The notes under the pieces: generated by a model | What the model was told of the DNA's origin: nothing | The model's database searches: none | Seen by the model: only the letters and a program-made list of their open reading frames with translations | Shown: piece by piece, positions 32,085 to 36,711 of the stretch | Position numbering within the stretch: the first letter of the stretch is position 1 | How the letters are laid out: each line of letters starts with the position of its first letter | Translations under genes and position numbers: made by a program | Assembly (NCBI GenBank): GCA_001599295.1 | Contig: BCGN01000011.1 | Coordinates: 372,001-408,711, forward strand | Direction of reading: 5' to 3' | From: Sporopachydermia quercuum | Taxonomy: Eukaryota | Length of the DNA: 36,711 nt

Positions 32085-33691
32085 ACTGAAAGTCTAGTCA
32101 TATGATTTCCGATATGATTACGATGTCTGGGGTAAATCATAAATGATCAGAATGCGTGAATGTAGTGGTATAGAATGAAAGAAAGAGAGATAATGGAAAC
32201 GAATGCCAGGTATTACTGGAGATTTGAAGTTATAAGAATGTTTGATTGTTTCCACAGTTATCCAAATAAAAGNAGGCAGGCTTTGGAGTAGAAACAGCAA
32301 ATATTGAGAGACATAACATTGAGAGATTATTGTTACTTTCAAACTTCAAGTTATCGCTAAAATTTCTATACAAATTTGCATAACCTGGAATATTCTATTA
32401 CACCGGTGGTAGAAACATTTAATGAGATTCCAACTATTGAATTCTATTATTACAATTTGCTCGTCCAACTATTAATCATAACCATCTCTGGGCCAACTTC
32501 ATCACTACATCGTCATTGCTCTATCGCGCAATCCTCGGAAAAGCATCATTTCCGAAATTTGACGGGTAAAGAATTTTGGTGTTGATTCCTAATTCATCTG
32601 TACATTAAACGGGCTGCGATTATTAATTTGGTATCATCAACGGTACATTCTTGTTTTTAGAAGAGTGGATTATCATCAAATTCACTCAAAACGATCTTTG
32701 CAAGATTGAGAGATGGTTAAAANGGCTTGCAAAAGACAAGTGAAGATGATAATATGACCAAACAGGCATAGATATCTCTGTCGTTTTCAAAGAAACTGTC
32801 TCTTGTTTTTTATTTTTTATTTTTTATGTCCATAAGGATGAACTCTTTTATTCATTGATAATCAATAGACTGATCAATTTTGCATTTCCTCCATATTTTC
32901 TTGTCAGTATACCTTACTCCTCATCTTTCAGTAAATCAGTTCAATCACTGGAAGTCTCGAAGATCAAAAAAGATCTTACAAATCAGGAAGAGGCCTACGC
33001 TCCTTACTTCTTCTCCATCAAATCATCACCAACTAACAATTTCGATATAACTATTCAACTCTCTATAACTCAACGTTCAACTCAACATAATATGACCTTT
33101 CGACCCATCGATAAATGTCTATGTTTCTTTATATTCATGTCTATATCATCACTAGACTCTTTTACTATTCTCCCTTCTCCACACACTTCCTTTCACTCTA
33201 TCCATAGCCAATAAGATTCCCTATAAATCTGGTTACGCACCAACTTTTAACTTGACTCTGTCCTTCCGTACAATTCAACTCCACATTAGATCTCAACTTT
33301 ATTTTACACACTTTCGGAGGTTAACGGAACTGGTATTAATTAATTTCCTCCATCTTTTCCGGTTTGAGCAATGTCTCATAAAAGGGTGTGTTCGGTCAAG
33401 ATCAAATCAAGAATCTAAAACTACATTATGTAATCAATAAATTCTCTATTTTTTGAAGGACCCCGGAAGAAAGCTCTCTTTTCACCGGGAAATCTCAACA
33501 TGAAAAATGTCACTTATATCAAAAATTTATCATTATCTGGGACGGACGGTAGTAAGTATCGCGGTTGATATGTTCGATTTAACTACCGTATGCGGTGATA
33601 ATTTTCGCAGATTTCCTCATTTAATCAACAGAAGTATATTAGCGGAGAAATACTGTATAGAGAGGATTATCTCCATTAGCTTAAGATCACA

Positions 33692-34581
33692 ATGTTCGTC
33701 TTAACATACATATCTGATTTGATCCGGATTGACCCATCTGTGTTTGGTATACCTCAAAGAGAAGCATTAGAGAATGAAATCCATGCAAAATACTCAAACA
33801 AGATTGTTCAGGAAGTTGGATTATGTATCTCTATCTGGGATATTGATCATATTGAAGAGGGAATCCTGAAACCAGGTGATGGTGGAATATATATTAAAAG
33901 CAAATTCAGGCTAGTTGTATTTAGACCATTTGTGGGTGAAGTGCTGACTGGCTGGATATCTGTTTGTTTACCGGAAGGTATAAAAGGTAAGAAGGAATTG
34001 ATATTTTGCAATTGATGCAATTTAATATTATTTGTCCTGGAATGATACTGAAAACAGAAAACACTAAGGCTGAGGAACCATGGAACTATGATACATATAT
34101 ATATTACTATGTGATGCACTATCAGATGTCACAGATTGTACTAACATTAGTTCTTATAGTTAAAATGGACTTTTTTGGAGATATATTTATTCCACAGCAT
34201 CTTTTGTTTGATGGATGTGTCTAGTATGTTTGCACTTCTTTGAATTGGAAATTAAATCCTTTACGGTACCTCTTTCTATTGAACTCGATTATAAACCTGA
34301 ATTAACATCTCATATACTAACAATCAATCAGCATGGAAGAAGAAAAGGCATGGGTATGGAAAACAGAGGATTCAGAGTTGTATTTGGATGTTAATGAGAA
34401 AATACGGTTCTCTGTAGAAGAGGAAATCTTTAATGATTTAAAACCTGCAGGACCAGTTGTCGATGGACAAATGATACAATCCGATGGAGAAGGAAAAGTT
34501 GAAACATCAAGTGTGCCTTACTATGCAATAATTGGCAGTTGTCAAACTGATGGTATGGGTCCAATTGCATGGTGGGATTAG
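33692..34581 (+). CDS. RPC25: RNA polymerase III subunit C25/RPC8 (202 aa; exons 33692-33986, 34160-34223, 34332-34581)
   Basis: Introns 33987-34159 (GTAAGA/TACTAAC/TAG) and 34224-34331 (GTATGT/TACTAAC/CAG). The spliced protein has MFVLTYISDLIRIDP, KYSNKIVQEVGLCISIWD, FRLVVFRPFVGEVLTGWI, GIKVKMDFFGDIFIP, AWVW, NEKIRF and GMGPIAWW. Confidence 0.96.
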
Positions 34582-34809
34582 CATCGGATGTACCACCATC
34601 ATATTATAGACAACCAACACAGCATGATACTCCTTGAAATAATGGAGTACACTTCTAAACGACACTGCATGATTAACAAAACAGCATTCAATGATTTAAT
34701 GTATTTCTAAATTTTTACTACTACTATATTATTACTACTAATTAAAAATTTACATCATATTAGTATCTATATTGATTATCATTGTAAATTCACTATTATT
34801 CTAATGCTT

Positions 34810-36123
34810 CTAATTATATTGCATATAACGAGAAGTACTGCTGAATCGGATATTTCCTTTGATAACTTTCTCAACAGCAGCTAAAAAGTCAGCCTCTGTG
34901 GCAACCTTTCTTCTAGCTCTAATAGCAAACATACCAGCTTCCGTGCATACAGATCTTAACTCTGCACCAGTACTGTTAGGACATAGACGCGAAATAAGTT
35001 CCCATCGAATATCACGATCAACCGACATGGATTTTGTATGAATGCGGAAGATATTCGCCCTACCTTCTAAATCAGGTAAACTGAACTCCACTTTACGATC
35101 GATTCTTCCTGGTCTCAATAATGCAGGATCTAGAGTATTGGGCCTATTTGTAGCAAACATTACTTTGATATTACCTCTTGGATCGAAACCATCTAATTGT
35201 GTGATAAGTTCTAACATAGTTCTTTGAACTTCATTATCGCCACCAGCACCATCATCAAAACGAGCACCTCCGATAGCATCGACTTCATCGAAAAAAATAA
35301 TACAAGCTTTTTTGGTACGAGCCATTTCAAATAACTCTCTCACCATTCTAGCACCTTCACCAACATACTTTTGAACTAATTCTGAACCAATAACACGGAT
35401 AAATGTAGCATCTGTTCTATTGGCAACTGCTCTTGCACATAAGGTCTTACCAGTTCCTGGAGGTCCATAGAGTAAGATACCCTTAGGAGGATCAATTCCT
35501 AATTTAACGAATCTTTCTGGCGATAATAGAGGTAATTCAACAACTTCACGAAGTTTTTCAATCTGTTCTTTACAACCACCAATATCCCCATATGTTACGT
35601 CTGGTTTTTCTTCCACAGTCATCATAGTAACTGATGGGTCAATCTTTGGTGGTAAAGGTAATTGGATTTCATACTTTGTTCGATCAACTCCAACTCTCAT
35701 TCCTTCTTCAATATCAGTTGGTGACACTCTTTCACCTAATGCAACAACAAATTTAGCAATCTGTTTAATATTTATCACGTATTTGGATTTTCCATCTTCT
35801 CCTTCATCTATAATTTTTGTACATCTTGCAACCTGCAATGGATGTTCTTCACTCATTCGTTGTTTATCAGCAACAGTATCCCAAAGATGAGGGGGTGCCA
35901 ATCCTGTGTCCGATTCCTTGACTCCTATTTTCTCTTTTATCCTTTTCTCAATATCACTTAGATCGTTTCCAATGTCTTTCAATTGATCACCATAAGGTGC
36001 AGCTCCGTAGGTTTTCAAAACCTGAATATCACCTTCACTTAAAGGAACGATTTTCTCTTCCTTCTTTTCATCGTCTTCAGTTGGAGCTTTCTTCCATTTT
36101 TCCCAGTCTGACTTTGGAGGCAT
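34810..36123 (-). CDS. RPT1: 26S proteasome AAA-ATPase Rpt1 (437 aa, intronless)
   Basis: [25 protein letters not shown], Walker A GPPGTGKT, Walker [34 protein letters not shown] and C-terminal YMQYN. Confidence 0.98.
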   Translation of the reverse strand: MPPKSDWEKWKKAPTEDDEKKEEKIVPLSEGDIQVLKTYGAAPYGDQLKDIGNDLSDIEKRIKEKIGVKESDTGLAPPHLWDTVADKQRMSEEHPLQVARCTKIIDEGEDGKSKYVINIKQIAKFVVALGERVSPTDIEEGMRVGVDRTKYEIQLPLPPKIDPSVTMMTVEEKPDVTYGDIGGCKEQIEKLREVVELPLLSPERFVKLGIDPPKGILLYGPPGTGKTLCARAVANRTDATFIRVIGSELVQKYVGEGARMVRELFEMARTKKACIIFFDEVDAIGGARFDDGAGGDNEVQRTMLELITQLDGFDPRGNIKVMFATNRPNTLDPALLRPGRIDRKVEFSLPDLEGRANIFRIHTKSMSVDRDIRWELISRLCPNSTGAELRSVCTEAGMFAIRARRKVATEADFLAAVEKVIKGNIRFSSTSRYMQYN

Positions 36124-36233
36124 TATGAAATCGTTTTATCAGTATATGCTGCTGCAAAAGCTTGGAAATGGTTATTTGATAATGGACCAATTCAGAACTC
36201 TAGTTACTATATAAATTGTTATAGCTGACTGCT

Positions 36234-36242
36234 AGTGGCAAA
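36234..36242. promoter_or_regulatory. PACE-like (Rpn4) element upstream of RPT1
   Basis: AGTGGCAAA lies 111 bp upstream of the RPT1 ATG and is a known variant of the GGTGGCAAA proteasome element. A weaker AGGGGCAAA is at 36485-36493. Confidence 0.6.
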
Positions 36243-36627
36243 CACTGACAACCTTCACTAGATACTTTAGTATTGGTTGATAAACAGTACAGTAAACTCC
36301 TCGAAGAGTAAATGTGTATATCGAACAATGTTACCACCAATTGATAGGTTGATATCAGTATCGACTGGTTGATTATTATCAGCACCAGAAAGGAATATAA
36401 AACGACAAACTTACAATCAGTTGGAGGCAATAGAATCATCAATTGTGTGTTCTGTTAATTTACAATAAGTAAGTAACACTTAGGAGGGGCAAACACGACA
36501 CCACAACACCTTGGATATGGGACGAGATATAATATTAAATATTACAAATAAAATGATTATATAATCATAAATTAGTTAGTAGGAAGTTCTATTGACTTAA
36601 GGAGATCTAGTAAGTTAACACAGAGAA

Positions 36628-36663
36628 TTGATTAATTCCATTTGATTAATGCCATTTGATTAA
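36628..36663. repeat. 14-bp tandem repeat (~2.6 copies)
   Basis: TTGATTAATTCCAT TTGATTAATGCCAT TTGATTAA. Confidence 0.8.
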
Positions 36664-36711
36664 ATTAAATACTTGGAAATCATTGAAGCCTTTGATTTAC
36701 TAAACCTTGGT

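Noticed and set aside
33987..34159. Possible snoRNA in RPC25 intron 1
   Set aside because: Only degenerate C-like boxes (ATGATAC, GTGATGC) and no terminal stem.
36258..36414. Possible RPT1 5'-UTR intron (minus-strand GTAAGT at 36414)
   Set aside because: The only branch candidate is non-consensus TACTAAA, and the model would put the PACE-like site inside the mRNA.
1..36711. CRISPR arrays, transposases, LTRs, alternative CUG code; scattered n bases
   Set aside because: No repeat-spacer arrays, TE domains or long terminal repeats seen. CTG occupies conserved Leu positions. The n bases are isolated ambiguities that do not break frames.

Overview
AT-rich nuclear DNA from an intron-bearing budding yeast (Saccharomycotina-like). 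The genetic code appears standard: CTG encodes conserved Leu in Kog1 'LKLLQS'. The window holds 11 complete protein-coding genes and one tRNA: PRP19 (+), DBR1 (-), PRO1 (-), QNS1 (+), PPE1 (-), tRNA-Asn(GUU) (+), KOG1 (-), MTM1 (+), a divergent Pil1/BAR-family gene (Ssp1/Meu14-like, -), SDH1 (-), RPC25 (+) and RPT1 (-). I resolved 11 spliceosomal introns (92-173 nt) by hand, each restoring the reading frame. I found no recognisable mobile element or CRISPR array. The best leads are: (1) an in-frame, Arg-rich, acid-free N-terminal extension on the lariat debranching enzyme Dbr1 that resembles a mitochondrial presequence; (2) a candidate orphan box C/D snoRNA in PPE1 intron 2; (3) a weak GTATGG donor with an in-frame intronic stop in the Ssp1/Meu14-like gene; (4) a HAGGYA-rich, four-way-junction-like element upstream of the tRNA; (5) a GC-rich dome confined to KOG1. 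All are hypotheses from manual reading; no searches or folding programs were run.
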